Shown here in pieces: positions 28,959 through 38,794 of a stretch of 44,040 nucleotides of DNA; the first letter of the stretch is position 1, and every line of letters begins with the position of its first letter. Position numbers and translations under genes: made by a program. The DNA is from Myxococcota bacterium (lineage in GTDB: Bacteria; Myxococcota_A; UBA9160; UBA4427), in NCBI GenBank assembly GCA_036336835.1, contig JAYZFK010000014.1, forward strand, positions 1 through 44,040, read 5' to 3'. The notes under the pieces were generated by a model. It was not told the DNA's origin and searched no databases. It was given only the letters and a program-made list of their open reading frames with translations.

Positions 28959-29873
28959 TCAGGATCCTTCGACCGGCGAAGGCGGCGATCCGTCGCAGCC
29001 CTCGCCTTCGAGCCGGGCCGCCCATGCGACGGCGCCTTCCAGCACCGATTGGTATTCCGGCGATTCATAGGCGGCGGCCTGGTGACCCAGCGCTGAATAG
29101 AGCGCTCGCCCCTTGCCGACGCAGCCCGTCCAGATCGCGGGATGGTCGCCCATCCGCAGATCGATCTCGCGACCACCAAGAGAGAAAGGCGGCGAGTAGC
29201 TCGACTCGTCCACGCTGACCAGCACGTGGAAGCCCGCGTCACGCGGGCTCGATTCCCACGAGTACCACTCTTCCTCGTGCGACCACTGCTCGGGCAGCGC
29301 GCGGGTGGCGGGGTGGCCGCGATCTTCGATCACCAGCCGCGCCGTCTGGAACTGAGGGTCCATGATGTGCGCGATGAACTTCGCACCAATCAGGTTGTCC
29401 ACGTACCAGGTCCAGTCTTCGTGCGAGCCGTCTCCCGCAGCGTGGATACCGACCCAGCCCCCTCCAGCCTCGAGCCAGGCAGCAAATGCAGCATCCTGCT
29501 CGTCGGAGAGCGTGTCGCCGCTCGCATTGGCGAACACCACCACGTCGAAGCGCGCCAGCAGCTCGGGCGAGAACGTGGCGCTGTTCTCTGTATGGAACAA
29601 CGACGCCCCGCGACGCCGCGCAATCTCGGCAAACAACGGCGCCGAGGCCTCGATTGCGGCGATGTGGCGGAACGAGTTGGTCTTCGTGAACAGCAGGATC
29701 GCGGGGCGCGTGAGATCCGCCGGCAGCTCGGGCGGTGCGGTCTCGTGCGAGTGACTCGGGAACACGATCCCCCAGAGGCCCGTCTGGCGAATGACGACGA
29801 GCCCCGCCGCGGCCAGCAGGAGCACGATCACCCCGAGCCCAGCGAGGATTCGGAAGACGAGTCGACGGCTCAC
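28959..29873 (-). CDS. ThuA domain (glutamine amidotransferase-like fold) protein with N-terminal TM segment
   Basis: ILLFTKTNSFRH, FDVVVFAN, GGGWVGIHAAGD, HPAT, EEWY, DHPAIW, GRALYSALGH; start uncertain. Confidence 0.88.
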   Translation of the reverse strand: MSRRLVFRILAGLGVIVLLLAAAGLVVIRQTGLWGIVFPSHSHETAPPELPADLTRPAILLFTKTNSFRHIAAIEASAPLFAEIARRRGASLFHTENSATFSPELLARFDVVVFANASGDTLSDEQDAAFAAWLEAGGGWVGIHAAGDGSHEDWTWYVDNLIGAKFIAHIMDPQFQTARLVIEDRGHPATRALPEQWSHEEEWYSWESSPRDAGFHVLVSVDESSYSPPFSLGGREIDLRMGDHPAIWTGCVGKGRALYSALGHQAAAYESPEYQSVLEGAVAWAARLEGEGCDGSPPSPVEGS

Positions 29874-29971
29874 GGGAACCCAGTCTATCGGACTGGCGGG
29901 GCCGCTGTCCCAGAAGGGGAGACGCATCCGCCAAGTCGTGGCATTGTTGGACCCTGCCTGAGGAGGCCACG

Positions 29972-31258
29972 GTGCAGCCCGACCACTCACTCCCCCTCGA
30001 GAAGATCGACCTCTCGCCCCTCGAGTTCTGGGCGCAGCCACTCGAGCTGCGCGAGGGCGCCTTCGAGACGCTGCGGCGTGAGGACCCGGTCCGCTTCTTC
30101 GAGGAGATGGACTACGAGGGCTCGCCGTTGCCCCCCGGCCGCGGCTACTGGGCGCTGACCAAGCACGCCCACGTGCTCGAGGCGAGCCGCACCCCCGCCA
30201 TCTACAGCTCGGCCAGCGGCGCCACCGCGATCACCGACCTGCCGCCTGAAATGCTCGAGTTCTTCGGCGGCATGATCAACATGGACGACCCGCGCCACGC
30301 GCGTCAGCGACGCATCGTCTCGCGCGGCTTCACGCCGAAGTCGCTGGCTCGGCTCGAGACGCAGGTCGATCAGCGCGCTCGCGCTGTCGTCGACCGCGTG
30401 ATCGAGAAGGGCGAGTGCGACTTCGTCTCCGATATCGCGGCGCCACTGCCGCTCGAAATCATCTGCGACATGATGGGCATCCCCGACAGCCAGATGCAGT
30501 TCGTGTTCGAGTGCACGAACGTGATCCTGGGGCTCGGCGACCCCGACTTCGTAGCTTCCGACGACAACCCGCTCGAGGCCTCCATGCGCGCCGGCAGCGG
30601 GCTGATTCAGCTGATGCAGGAGATGGCGGCCGAGCGCCGGGCCCGGCCTCGCGAGGACATGACGAGCGCCCTGATCCGGGCCGCCGAGGGCGACGATGAC
30701 TCGCTCACGGACCGGGAGCTCGCATCGTTCTTCATCCTGCTTGCGGTCGCGGGCAACGAGACCACTCGCAATGCGATCAGCCACGGCATGAAGGCCCTGT
30801 GCGACTACCCGGACGAACGCCGCAGGTGGGCAGCGGATTTCGAGGCCATCGCACCCACGGCGGTCGACGAGATCGTGCGCTGGGCGAGCCCCGTGATCTA
30901 CATGCGCCGCACCGTCACCCGCGACACGGAGATCGGCGGCAAGACGCTGCGCCAGGGTGACAAGGTTGCGCTCTGGTACAACTCCGCGAACCGCGACGGG
31001 GACGCCTTCGAAGACCCGTTCCGCTTCGACGTCACGCGCACACCGAACGAGCACGTTGGCTTCGGCGGCCCCGGGCCCCACTTCTGCCTCGGTGCCAACC
31101 TCGCCCGTCGCGAGATCCGGGTCATGTTCCGCGAGATCTTCCGCCGCCTGCCCGACCTCGAGATCACCGGCCCGCCCGAACGGCTGCTCTCCAACTTCAT
31201 CCACGGCATCAAGCGGATGCCCTGCACCTTCACCCCCTCCGGAGGGGACCGGAGCTGA
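29972..31258 (+). CDS. Cytochrome P450 (CYP124/CYP125-like)
   Basis: [66 protein letters not shown]. Confidence 0.95.
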   Translation: MQPDHSLPLEKIDLSPLEFWAQPLELREGAFETLRREDPVRFFEEMDYEGSPLPPGRGYWALTKHAHVLEASRTPAIYSSASGATAITDLPPEMLEFFGGMINMDDPRHARQRRIVSRGFTPKSLARLETQVDQRARAVVDRVIEKGECDFVSDIAAPLPLEIICDMMGIPDSQMQFVFECTNVILGLGDPDFVASDDNPLEASMRAGSGLIQLMQEMAAERRARPREDMTSALIRAAEGDDDSLTDRELASFFILLAVAGNETTRNAISHGMKALCDYPDERRRWAADFEAIAPTAVDEIVRWASPVIYMRRTVTRDTEIGGKTLRQGDKVALWYNSANRDGDAFEDPFRFDVTRTPNEHVGFGGPGPHFCLGANLARREIRVMFREIFRRLPDLEITGPPERLLSNFIHGIKRMPCTFTPSGGDRS

Positions 31259-31341
31259 GCCGTCAAAGCCCTGACACAGGGGAACGCGAGCTCGTGGGTC
31301 CGGATGTCGCCGGGCGCGATGGAGTGGCCAGAGGAGGACAC

Positions 31342-31602
31342 GTGTCGAGCGAGTTCGGGTCCGAGTCCGAGCCCCAGGCCGAGGCCGGCGTCGAGGTGCC
31401 TCACGACCAGCTGAGCGCCGAGGCCCTGCGCGAGCTGATCGAGAGCTTCGTGAACCGCGAGGGGACCGACTACGGTCTGCACGAGCGAACGCTCGAGCAG
31501 AAGGTCGCCGACGTGATGCGCCAGCTCGAGAACGGCGAGGCCGTGATCGTGTTCGAGCCGGAGGACCAGAGCATCAGCATCCGGCCGACCAGCGAGAGCT
31601 GA
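31342..31602 (+). CDS. yheU: YheU family (UPF0270) protein
   Basis: [53 protein letters not shown]. Confidence 0.9.
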   Translation: MSSEFGSESEPQAEAGVEVPHDQLSAEALRELIESFVNREGTDYGLHERTLEQKVADVMRQLENGEAVIVFEPEDQSISIRPTSES

Positions 31603-31605
31603 CGC

Positions 31606-33102
31606 CTAGCGCCAGCCGCGCAGGTTGCTCTCGAACTCCTCGCGCTTGGCCGCGAGCGCCGCCTCGAGCCTCGCCGCCACGGCGGGATGCTTGGAACGCA
31701 GATCGTGCGCCTCGATGTCCGCATCGAGCCGCGTCAGCTGAGGACGATCGCGTCCCAGGTCGCCGGATGAGCGCAACAGCTTGAATCGTTCGTCGCGCAC
31801 CGCCTCGGGCAGGGATCCGATCACCGGGAAGTAGAACAGCTGCTCGTGCGGGCTGGCACCGCCGTCCTCGAGCAACGCGCTCAGGTCGCGCCCATCGATT
31901 GCGCGATCCGCGGGCAGCGGCAGACCCGCCAGCGACAGCAGCGTCGGAAACACGTCGATGTTCATCGCCATCGCGTCCGACACGACGCCAGCGGGCAGGC
32001 GCCCGGGCCAGCGGGCGATCATCGGCACCCGCTGTCCGCCCTCGAGGATCTCGCCCTTGCGCCCGCGCAGCCCGCCGGGGCTGCCGCCGTAATCCGCACC
32101 GTTGTCGCTGGTGATCAGCACCAGCGTCTCGTCCGCGATCCCGAGTCGATCGAGCGCATCGAGGATCGCGCCCGTGCTGCGGTCGAGATCCTCGACCACG
32201 TCTCCGTACAGCCCGCCGTCCGACTGCCCGGCGTACTCGCCCGACGCATAGTGCGGCACGTGCGGAAAGGTATGCGCCACGTACAGGAAGAACGGTTGCT
32301 CCCGCCGGGCTTCCAGGAACGCGATCGCCTCGTCGGTGTAGCGCTGCGTCAAGCGCGTCTGGTCGACACCACCCGGGCCCAGCGGCCGCTCCTCATCGCG
32401 CTCGCCGCTGCCTCCGAAGAATCCGCTGGGCCGCTCGTCGTGCTCGACGATCTCGTCGCCCCGGTACAGATGGAGCGGGGCCATGTCGTTGCTCCACAAG
32501 ACCCCGAAGTACGAATCGAAACCGAAGTCCTTGGGACGATGACCGTCCGCGCCGCCCAGATGCCACTTCCCGACCATGCCAGTCGCATAGCCTGCCGCCG
32601 ACAGCACCTCGGGCAACAGAATCTCGTCGCGCGGCAGCTCGTTTCCCGCGCCGGCCGCTCGGCGCAGGAGCCCTATCCACGACTCGTCGGGGAAGTAGAC
32701 GTGCCCCGACACCCCGGCGCGCGGCGGGTAGCGCCCCGACAGAAGCGACGCGCGGGACGGAGTGCACACCGACGACGCCGCGTAGAAGTGCTGGAGCCGT
32801 ACGCCCTCCGCGGCCGCCCGATCGATGCGGGGCGTGTCGATCAGCTCGTTGCCCTGGATGGAGAGATCGCCCCAGCCGAGATCGTCGAAGAAGATCACGA
32901 CGAAGTTCGGCGCCCGCGCCGGATCGACCGGCTCGAGCGATGCGAGGTAGCGCTGCTTGGGCTCGAGTCGCTCGGGTTCCGCCACCGACCCGAACCACTT
33001 TGCCTGCGCCAGCCGGAAGCCGGCGAACACCAGGACGAGCCCGAGCACGATCACCAGCGGATAGCCGACGACCAGCGCCGCCAGGCGCAGCAGCCGCAGC
33101 AC
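31606..33102 (-). CDS. Formylglycine-dependent (Cys-type) arylsulfatase, N-terminal membrane anchor
   Basis: PNFVVIFFDDLGWGD, CTPSRASLLSGRY, GKWHLG, PHVP, TSDNG. Confidence 0.95.
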   Translation of the reverse strand: MLRLLRLAALVVGYPLVIVLGLVLVFAGFRLAQAKWFGSVAEPERLEPKQRYLASLEPVDPARAPNFVVIFFDDLGWGDLSIQGNELIDTPRIDRAAAEGVRLQHFYAASSVCTPSRASLLSGRYPPRAGVSGHVYFPDESWIGLLRRAAGAGNELPRDEILLPEVLSAAGYATGMVGKWHLGGADGHRPKDFGFDSYFGVLWSNDMAPLHLYRGDEIVEHDERPSGFFGGSGERDEERPLGPGGVDQTRLTQRYTDEAIAFLEARREQPFFLYVAHTFPHVPHYASGEYAGQSDGGLYGDVVEDLDRSTGAILDALDRLGIADETLVLITSDNGADYGGSPGGLRGRKGEILEGGQRVPMIARWPGRLPAGVVSDAMAMNIDVFPTLLSLAGLPLPADRAIDGRDLSALLEDGGASPHEQLFYFPVIGSLPEAVRDERFKLLRSSGDLGRDRPQLTRLDADIEAHDLRSKHPAVAARLEAALAAKREEFESNLRGWR

Positions 33103-33105
33103 CGC

Positions 33106-34509
33106 CTAGAGCCCCGGGCTGCCCGAGGCCGCGTACTCGGCGAGCGCGGCCCGCACCCAGGCCGTGTCGTCGCTGCGGCTCCGCTCGCGCGCCGCCTCGG
33201 CGTCGATGCCGTAGATGCGCGCAGCGTTGAGGCCGAGCACCTTGGCCTTGAGGCCGGGCGTCAGCTCCGGATAGCCGAACTCCTCGCGCAGCTCGAGCGG
33301 GATCTGGAAGGCGCGGAAGGCGTCGATCGACACCTGGCTCGGGCCGTACCAGATCGAGTCCGTCCCCCAGATCAGGTTGTCCTCGCCGACGGCGAGCAGC
33401 AGCTTGCCGAGCACGTGCGCCGCTTCCTCGGGACGGCGGATCAGACAGAACCAGGTGGTGCCGAGCTCGGCATAGACGTTCGAGCCCGCGCCGACGCCGG
33501 CCTCGCGCAGGCTCTTGACCAGCCGGTTCACGCCCTGGTCGGCACTCGCCTCCGTATACGGTCCCTCCTCCGGCGCCTCGCTCGTCGGGAACTCGTAGCC
33601 CGAGTGGTAGATCACGAAGTCGATGTCCGGGAACGCCCTGGACGCCGGGCCCACGTCGCGCGGCGAGCCGGTCGGCACCATCGCGCTGATGCCCTTGTGC
33701 GCGCAGACCAGCGGCACGCCGAGCGCGCGCGCATTCTCGAGGAAGCGAACCCCGGTCGCCTCGTCGTCGAGGTACCAGCCGCCCGCGTCCTTGCTGTCGA
33801 GGTCGCTGATCGAGCCCATGGTGTAGACCTTCCAGCCCACGGGCCGACGGTCGTCACGCTCGCGCTCCATGCCCTCGATCTCGCCTGCGACGTTCGCGTG
33901 CACCACGCAGTGGTTCAGCAGCCGACCGTCGGCTCCCAGCCGGTCGAGCAGCTCGCGCGTCGCGGCCAGCTCGCGGTTGAACATCATCCGATCGGGCCCG
34001 AGCCCGGGTCCCGAGGTCAGCACAGCGACCGCCGTCTCGCTCTCGAGGAACACGCAGCGCAGGTACTCGGCCATGTCGTAGGCAGTGAGCGCATCGACAC
34101 CGCCCCACCAGTCCGGCGCAACGCTCGTGTACATCGCCTGGATCGCGTCGTACCAGGTGCTGGCTGCCTCGCGGCGGTCCGACACGAAGTGCGTCTGCAC
34201 GTCGATCACTAGTTCTTCGCCGCCCAGCGCGTCGTCGGCTGCGGCGGCGTCCTCGGACGCCTCGGGCGGGACCTGGTAGTAGACGCGATCGGCCGCGCGA
34301 TTGAGCTCGAGCAGTCCCGCCGCAGTCCCGGTCCGCCCGGCCCAGTAGTCGTCGAGCGCCAGCGACGTTCGCCTGGCCGAGCGCGGCCCGTCGTCGGCGA
34401 CGCGCGAAATGACCCCGAGATCGCGCGAGGAGTAGGGGGGCGGCACGAACTCGTCGGTGTGACGACGCTGCAGGAACGCGGGAAGCCTGGGACGACCGCG
34501 GAATCTCAT
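33106..34509 (-). CDS. Amidohydrolase family (Amidohydro_2) protein
   Basis: IDVQTH, GWKVYT, CAHKG, VIYHSG, VYAELGTTW, WGTDSIWYG, GLNAARIY. Confidence 0.9.
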   Translation of the reverse strand: MRFRGRPRLPAFLQRRHTDEFVPPPYSSRDLGVISRVADDGPRSARRTSLALDDYWAGRTGTAAGLLELNRAADRVYYQVPPEASEDAAAADDALGGEELVIDVQTHFVSDRREAASTWYDAIQAMYTSVAPDWWGGVDALTAYDMAEYLRCVFLESETAVAVLTSGPGLGPDRMMFNRELAATRELLDRLGADGRLLNHCVVHANVAGEIEGMERERDDRRPVGWKVYTMGSISDLDSKDAGGWYLDDEATGVRFLENARALGVPLVCAHKGISAMVPTGSPRDVGPASRAFPDIDFVIYHSGYEFPTSEAPEEGPYTEASADQGVNRLVKSLREAGVGAGSNVYAELGTTWFCLIRRPEEAAHVLGKLLLAVGEDNLIWGTDSIWYGPSQVSIDAFRAFQIPLELREEFGYPELTPGLKAKVLGLNAARIYGIDAEAARERSRSDDTAWVRAALAEYAASGSPGL

Positions 34510-34524
34510 GCTACCCCCACGAGC

Positions 34525-36753
34525 TCAAGCCGGGTGCACGGCGACCGGGATGCCGTTCGCGACGTGGGTCCCCGAAATCTCGTCGAGCGCGAGCTCGTCG
34601 GTCAGATAGTTCGAGCAGGCTCCCGGCTGTCTGTCGCTTGCGACCGACAGCTGGATGCCCGGCAGCGTGTGGCCAAAACCGTGCGGCAGGCTCACGACGC
34701 CCGGCATCATCTCCTCGGTCACCTTCACCTCGGCTTCGATGCGACCGACGCGCGACGTCACCACCGCGCGACCACGGTCCTCGATCCCGAGCTCCTCGGC
34801 GTCCTTCGGGCTCAGCAACAGCAGGCAGCGGTCGCTGCCCTTGGCCAGTGCGGGCAGGTTGTGGAGCCACGAGTTCATGTTGCGCATCTGCCGGCGACCG
34901 ACGAGCACGAGCCCGCGGGGCTGGCTGCGCTCGTCCAGGCTGCGCCGCAAGCGCGGCAGATCGCGCTGCAGATACTCCGGGACCAGCTCGATGCGTCCAC
35001 TCGGCAGCGCTTCCGGCAGCCGCTCGGTGAGCGCTCCGAGGTCGGCGCCGTGCTCCATCGCGGCGAGCTTCGCCAGGTTGAGGCCATCGCCCGCATCGTC
35101 GAACGCGTCGCCGTACGGCCCGATGCGGATCATCGCGTCCACCAGGCGCATCGGCCCCCGCTCGCTGCCGAGCTTCGCCCTCGCCTGCTCCGGTGTGACG
35201 TCGGGGCAGCCGGTACCCGGGCCAACCATCGCCGCGAGCATGCCGTTCAGCATCAGGTCGTCCACCTGCTCCCAGCTCGCACCGTTGAGCCGCGCCCCCA
35301 GCTCGCACAGGATCTGCCAGTGTGGCCGCAAGGACTCCTCGGGCTCGAAGAAGGCGGGCGAGTGGCGTGCAAAGTTGCGCACCGACGTCTGCTCGAACAG
35401 GAAATCGTAGTTCTCGTGCTCGAGCTGCACGGTGCTCGGCAGGATCAGGTCGGCGTGCCGGGTCGTCTCGTTCAGGTAGATGTCGACGGCAACCATGAAG
35501 TCGAGCTCGTCGAGCGCGGCGGCCAGCCGCTCGCCGTTGGGCGCAGACAGGACCGGGTTGCCACATACCGTCACCAGCCCTCGCATGCGCTGCTCACCCG
35601 CACTCGCCGCTTCGATCTCCTCGGCCATCAGCCCGCACGGAAGCTGCCCGTCGATCTCGGGAATGCCGCGCGCCACTGTCTGGTAGCGACCGTACTGAAA
35701 CGGCTCGACCGGTCGGCCCTGCTCCCCGCGGCCGGTCGCGGGACGCGGGAACATCATGCCTCCCTCGGCGTCGAGCCGGCCCGTGAGCACGTTGACCGCG
35801 TAGACGAGCCAGCTCGCGAGCGTGCCGAACTCCTGGGTGCACAGCCCGATGCGGCCGTACCAGGCACCCCGGGCGGCACAGAACTCGCGCACGATCCGGC
35901 GCGTCACGGGCGGATCGATGCCCGTCGCCGTCGCCACCGCTTCGGGCGAGTAGTCCCGGCACACCTCGCGCATCGTCTCGATACCGTCGGTGAACTCGGC
36001 GAGCCGGCCCGGTGCGACGAGACCCTCCTCGAACAGCACGTGACACACCGCCAGCAGCCAGTGCGCGTCGGAGCCGGGCTTGATGAAGAGGTGCTCACTG
36101 CACTTCGCGGCCGTCTCCGTGCGACGAGGATCGACGACCACGGTCTTCCCGCCCCGCTCGTGGATCGCCTGCAATCGCCGCTTCGCGTTTGGTGCCGACA
36201 TCAGGCTGCCCTGCGAGATCAGCGGGTTGCCGCCCATGCAGACGAAGTAGTCGGTGCGGTCGATGTCGGGAATGGGGAACATCCAGCCCTCGCCGAGCAT
36301 CGTGTGCAACGCCACGTTCTGCGGGTGCTGGTCCATGGTGCCGGCCGAGAAGCTGCGCTGCGTGTCCAGGCCGCCCATCAGCGGTGGGATGTAGAGCTGC
36401 GCACCGACATTGTGGCCGGTCGGGTTGCCGATGTAGAAGCCGTTGGCGTTGGGGCCGTGGGTGTCGCGAATCACGCGCAGCCGGTCGGCCGCGTACTCGA
36501 ACGCTGCGTCCCAGGAGATCTCCTCCCACGACCCGTCCTCGCGCTTGCGGATCGGCGTCCGCAGCCGCTCGGGATCCTCGTAGACCTCCTTCATCGCATA
36601 GGCCTTGGGGCACAGGTAGCCGCGGCTTCGCGGGTCGTCGGGATCGCCCTCGATCCGGATCACCTTGCGGGCCGCCCGATCGATCTCACAGCGCAGGCCG
36701 CAGCTGGCCTCGCAGGTCGGGCAGGAGCGGTAGACGATCTCGCCGGAACCCAT
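34525..36753 (-). CDS. Molybdopterin (Mo/W-bisPGD) oxidoreductase with N-terminal [4Fe-4S] motif
   Basis: CPTCEASCG...GYLCPKA, RLRTP, GGNP, VVVDPRRTETA, DIYLNETTRHADLILP, PGVVSLPHGFG; GAGGAGGAG RBS; no Tat signal. Confidence 0.93.
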   Translation of the reverse strand: MGSGEIVYRSCPTCEASCGLRCEIDRAARKVIRIEGDPDDPRSRGYLCPKAYAMKEVYEDPERLRTPIRKREDGSWEEISWDAAFEYAADRLRVIRDTHGPNANGFYIGNPTGHNVGAQLYIPPLMGGLDTQRSFSAGTMDQHPQNVALHTMLGEGWMFPIPDIDRTDYFVCMGGNPLISQGSLMSAPNAKRRLQAIHERGGKTVVVDPRRTETAAKCSEHLFIKPGSDAHWLLAVCHVLFEEGLVAPGRLAEFTDGIETMREVCRDYSPEAVATATGIDPPVTRRIVREFCAARGAWYGRIGLCTQEFGTLASWLVYAVNVLTGRLDAEGGMMFPRPATGRGEQGRPVEPFQYGRYQTVARGIPEIDGQLPCGLMAEEIEAASAGEQRMRGLVTVCGNPVLSAPNGERLAAALDELDFMVAVDIYLNETTRHADLILPSTVQLEHENYDFLFEQTSVRNFARHSPAFFEPEESLRPHWQILCELGARLNGASWEQVDDLMLNGMLAAMVGPGTGCPDVTPEQARAKLGSERGPMRLVDAMIRIGPYGDAFDDAGDGLNLAKLAAMEHGADLGALTERLPEALPSGRIELVPEYLQRDLPRLRRSLDERSQPRGLVLVGRRQMRNMNSWLHNLPALAKGSDRCLLLLSPKDAEELGIEDRGRAVVTSRVGRIEAEVKVTEEMMPGVVSLPHGFGHTLPGIQLSVASDRQPGACSNYLTDELALDEISGTHVANGIPVAVHPA

Positions 36754-36838
36754 CACGCTCTCCTCCTCGCACAGGCGGCGCGGCCGCCCCATTCTATGGC
36801 AGTTCCCGCCGGCCAGGGTGTCCCCTATGCTGGGTGGC

Positions 36839-37207
36839 ATGGGACTCGAATCGACCGGCAAGATCCACGCCATCTTCGACACCGAGCAGAAGACCGAGCG
36901 CTTCCGCATGCGCGAGTTCGTGATCGAGCTCGGCGACAATCCGAGCTACCCGCAGTTCGTGAAGTTCCAGCTCACCGGCAACCGCTGCGAGAACCTCGAC
37001 GGCTTCGAGGTCGGCAACGAGGTGCGGATCGAGTTCAGTCTGCGCGGGCGCGAGTGGACCAGTCCGGACGGCGAGATCCGCTACTTCAACAGTCTCGACG
37101 TCTGGCAGATCGATCGCGCCGGCGCCGGCGCCCAGGCGGCGGACGGCTTCACTGCCGCGCCACCCGACGACATCCCGCCGCCGTCGGACGACGACATCCC
37201 GTTCTGA
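36839..37207 (+). CDS. DUF3127 family OB-fold protein with SSB-like acidic tail
   Basis: REFVIE...YPQFVKFQL...V.I.FSLRGREW......YFNSLDVW; ends DDDIPF. Confidence 0.85.
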   Translation: MGLESTGKIHAIFDTEQKTERFRMREFVIELGDNPSYPQFVKFQLTGNRCENLDGFEVGNEVRIEFSLRGREWTSPDGEIRYFNSLDVWQIDRAGAGAQAADGFTAAPPDDIPPPSDDDIPF

Positions 37208-37371
37208 GTTGCGCGCGCTTCCGCCGCCGCCGCCGCGGTCGGTCGCGCGTTTCCTCCTCGCAGGGCTGAGCCAGAGCGCGTAGACTGGGCTCGAGTTCGG
37301 GCAGAGGGCGTCCGCGTGCTCGGGTCGAGCTCACCGACCAACCGCTCGGAACGAGAGGAAGGAGTCACCCG

Positions 37372-37932
37372 ATGTCTCGCTGTTCGCTCGCGGGTTCGAC
37401 GATCGCGTTCGCGGTTTCGCTATGCCTCGGTGCGGGGTCCGCCCTGGCGGAGAAAACGGACTACACCGGGCCCTACGCGGCCGCCGGATTCAACCTCGGT
37501 TACGAGATCTTCGAGAACGTGCCCACCCCCTTCCAGACCGCGCTCGGGACCAACTTGCGCGCCGGATACCGACCCTTCAGCTGGCTCGCGGTGGAGGGTC
37601 AGTTCGAGTATCTGTCCTACGAGGACGCCGACCTCGACGTCGCAATCTCGGGCAGAGCCTTCACCTTCTTCGCCAACCTGAAGCTGCCGCTGCTCGACGG
37701 GCCGATCCAGCCCTACCTGTACGGCGGCGTCGGCATGTTGCGCATGGATTTCGATCCCAACCCGCAGCTCGGCAGCGGGACCGGGTTCGCCGGGCGATTC
37801 GGCGGCGGCGTCGACATCTACCTTTCCGAGCGCCTCGCGTTCACGACCGACGTGGCCTGGGTGAACCCCACGGGCGAGGTGGACAACTTCGAGCAGATCA
37901 ACTGGAACATCGGATTTCTGGCCCGCTTCTGA
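37372..37932 (+). CDS. Outer-membrane beta-barrel protein (8-stranded OmpA/porin-like)
   Basis: Signal peptide ending ALA; GYR..SWLAVEGQFEY, PYLYGGVG, RFGGGVD; C-terminal Phe. Confidence 0.88.
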   Translation: MSRCSLAGSTIAFAVSLCLGAGSALAEKTDYTGPYAAAGFNLGYEIFENVPTPFQTALGTNLRAGYRPFSWLAVEGQFEYLSYEDADLDVAISGRAFTFFANLKLPLLDGPIQPYLYGGVGMLRMDFDPNPQLGSGTGFAGRFGGGVDIYLSERLAFTTDVAWVNPTGEVDNFEQINWNIGFLARF

Positions 37933-37968
37933 GCGACGCAGAACCGCCGGGGGCGACTGCGCGTCCGG

Positions 37969-38775
37969 CTAACACCCTCGATACACCGGCTCGCGCTTCT
38001 CGATGAAGGCGCGCGCTCCCTCGGTCGCGTCCTCGGTCCGGAAGACCGGCATGCCGAGCTCGCTCGAGAGTGCCAGCGCCTCGGCGATCGGCAGCCCATC
38101 GGTCGCGCGTGCCACCTGCAGGATGGCCCGGACCGCGAGCGGGCCGTTGCGGGCGATCCGTCCCGCGAGCTCGAACGCGGCGTCCAGCAGCGCCTCGCGC
38201 GGGACCACGCGGGTGACCAGTCCGAGCGCGAGCGCCTCGTCCACCTCCATCGCGTCACCGGTCAGCGATAGCTCGAGCGCGCGCGTTGCCGGGATCAGTC
38301 GCGACAGCCGGACGACCCCGCCGCCACCCGGAAACAGCGCGCGCTTCACCTCGGGAAGCCCCAGCCGGATCCCCTCGGCCGCGATGCGCAGATCGGCGGC
38401 CATCGCGAGCTCGAGTCCACCGCCCATCGCGTGACCGTTGAGGGCGGCGATCACGGGCTTGCTGATCGGCTCACCCTGGAGGTTCGCGCGCGACGCCACC
38501 CTCGGGTCGTCGAGCACGGCGCGGTCCCACTCGTCAGAGGCCTCGCGCTGCCCGCTCATCAACGGAATCAGCCGCGCCAGGTCGGCGCCCGCACAGAAGC
38601 TCTTGTCGCCCGCGCCGGTGAGCACGAGGACGCGTACCTCGTCGTCGTCGCTCGCCTGCTGGAAGTAGCGGTCGAGCAACACGACCACCTCGGGGCTCAA
38701 CGCGTTGCGCGCCTCGGGCCGATCGATCGTGACGATGCCGATCCCGTCGCGCTTCTGGTAGTCGACCGCCGCCAT
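37969..38775 (-). CDS. Enoyl-CoA hydratase/isomerase
   Basis: RPEARNAL, FCAGADL, KPVIAALNGHAMGGGLE, GLPEVKR, EDATEG.RAF.EKR.P. Confidence 0.95.
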   Translation of the reverse strand: MAAVDYQKRDGIGIVTIDRPEARNALSPEVVVLLDRYFQQASDDDEVRVLVLTGAGDKSFCAGADLARLIPLMSGQREASDEWDRAVLDDPRVASRANLQGEPISKPVIAALNGHAMGGGLELAMAADLRIAAEGIRLGLPEVKRALFPGGGGVVRLSRLIPATRALELSLTGDAMEVDEALALGLVTRVVPREALLDAAFELAGRIARNGPLAVRAILQVARATDGLPIAEALALSSELGMPVFRTEDATEGARAFIEKREPVYRGC

Positions 38776-38794
38776 CTGCTCTCCTCGCCGCGTG

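Noticed and set aside
37221..37237. Short (CCG)n run after the DUF3127 gene
   Set aside because: It is too short and expected at this GC content; there is no evidence of phase variation.
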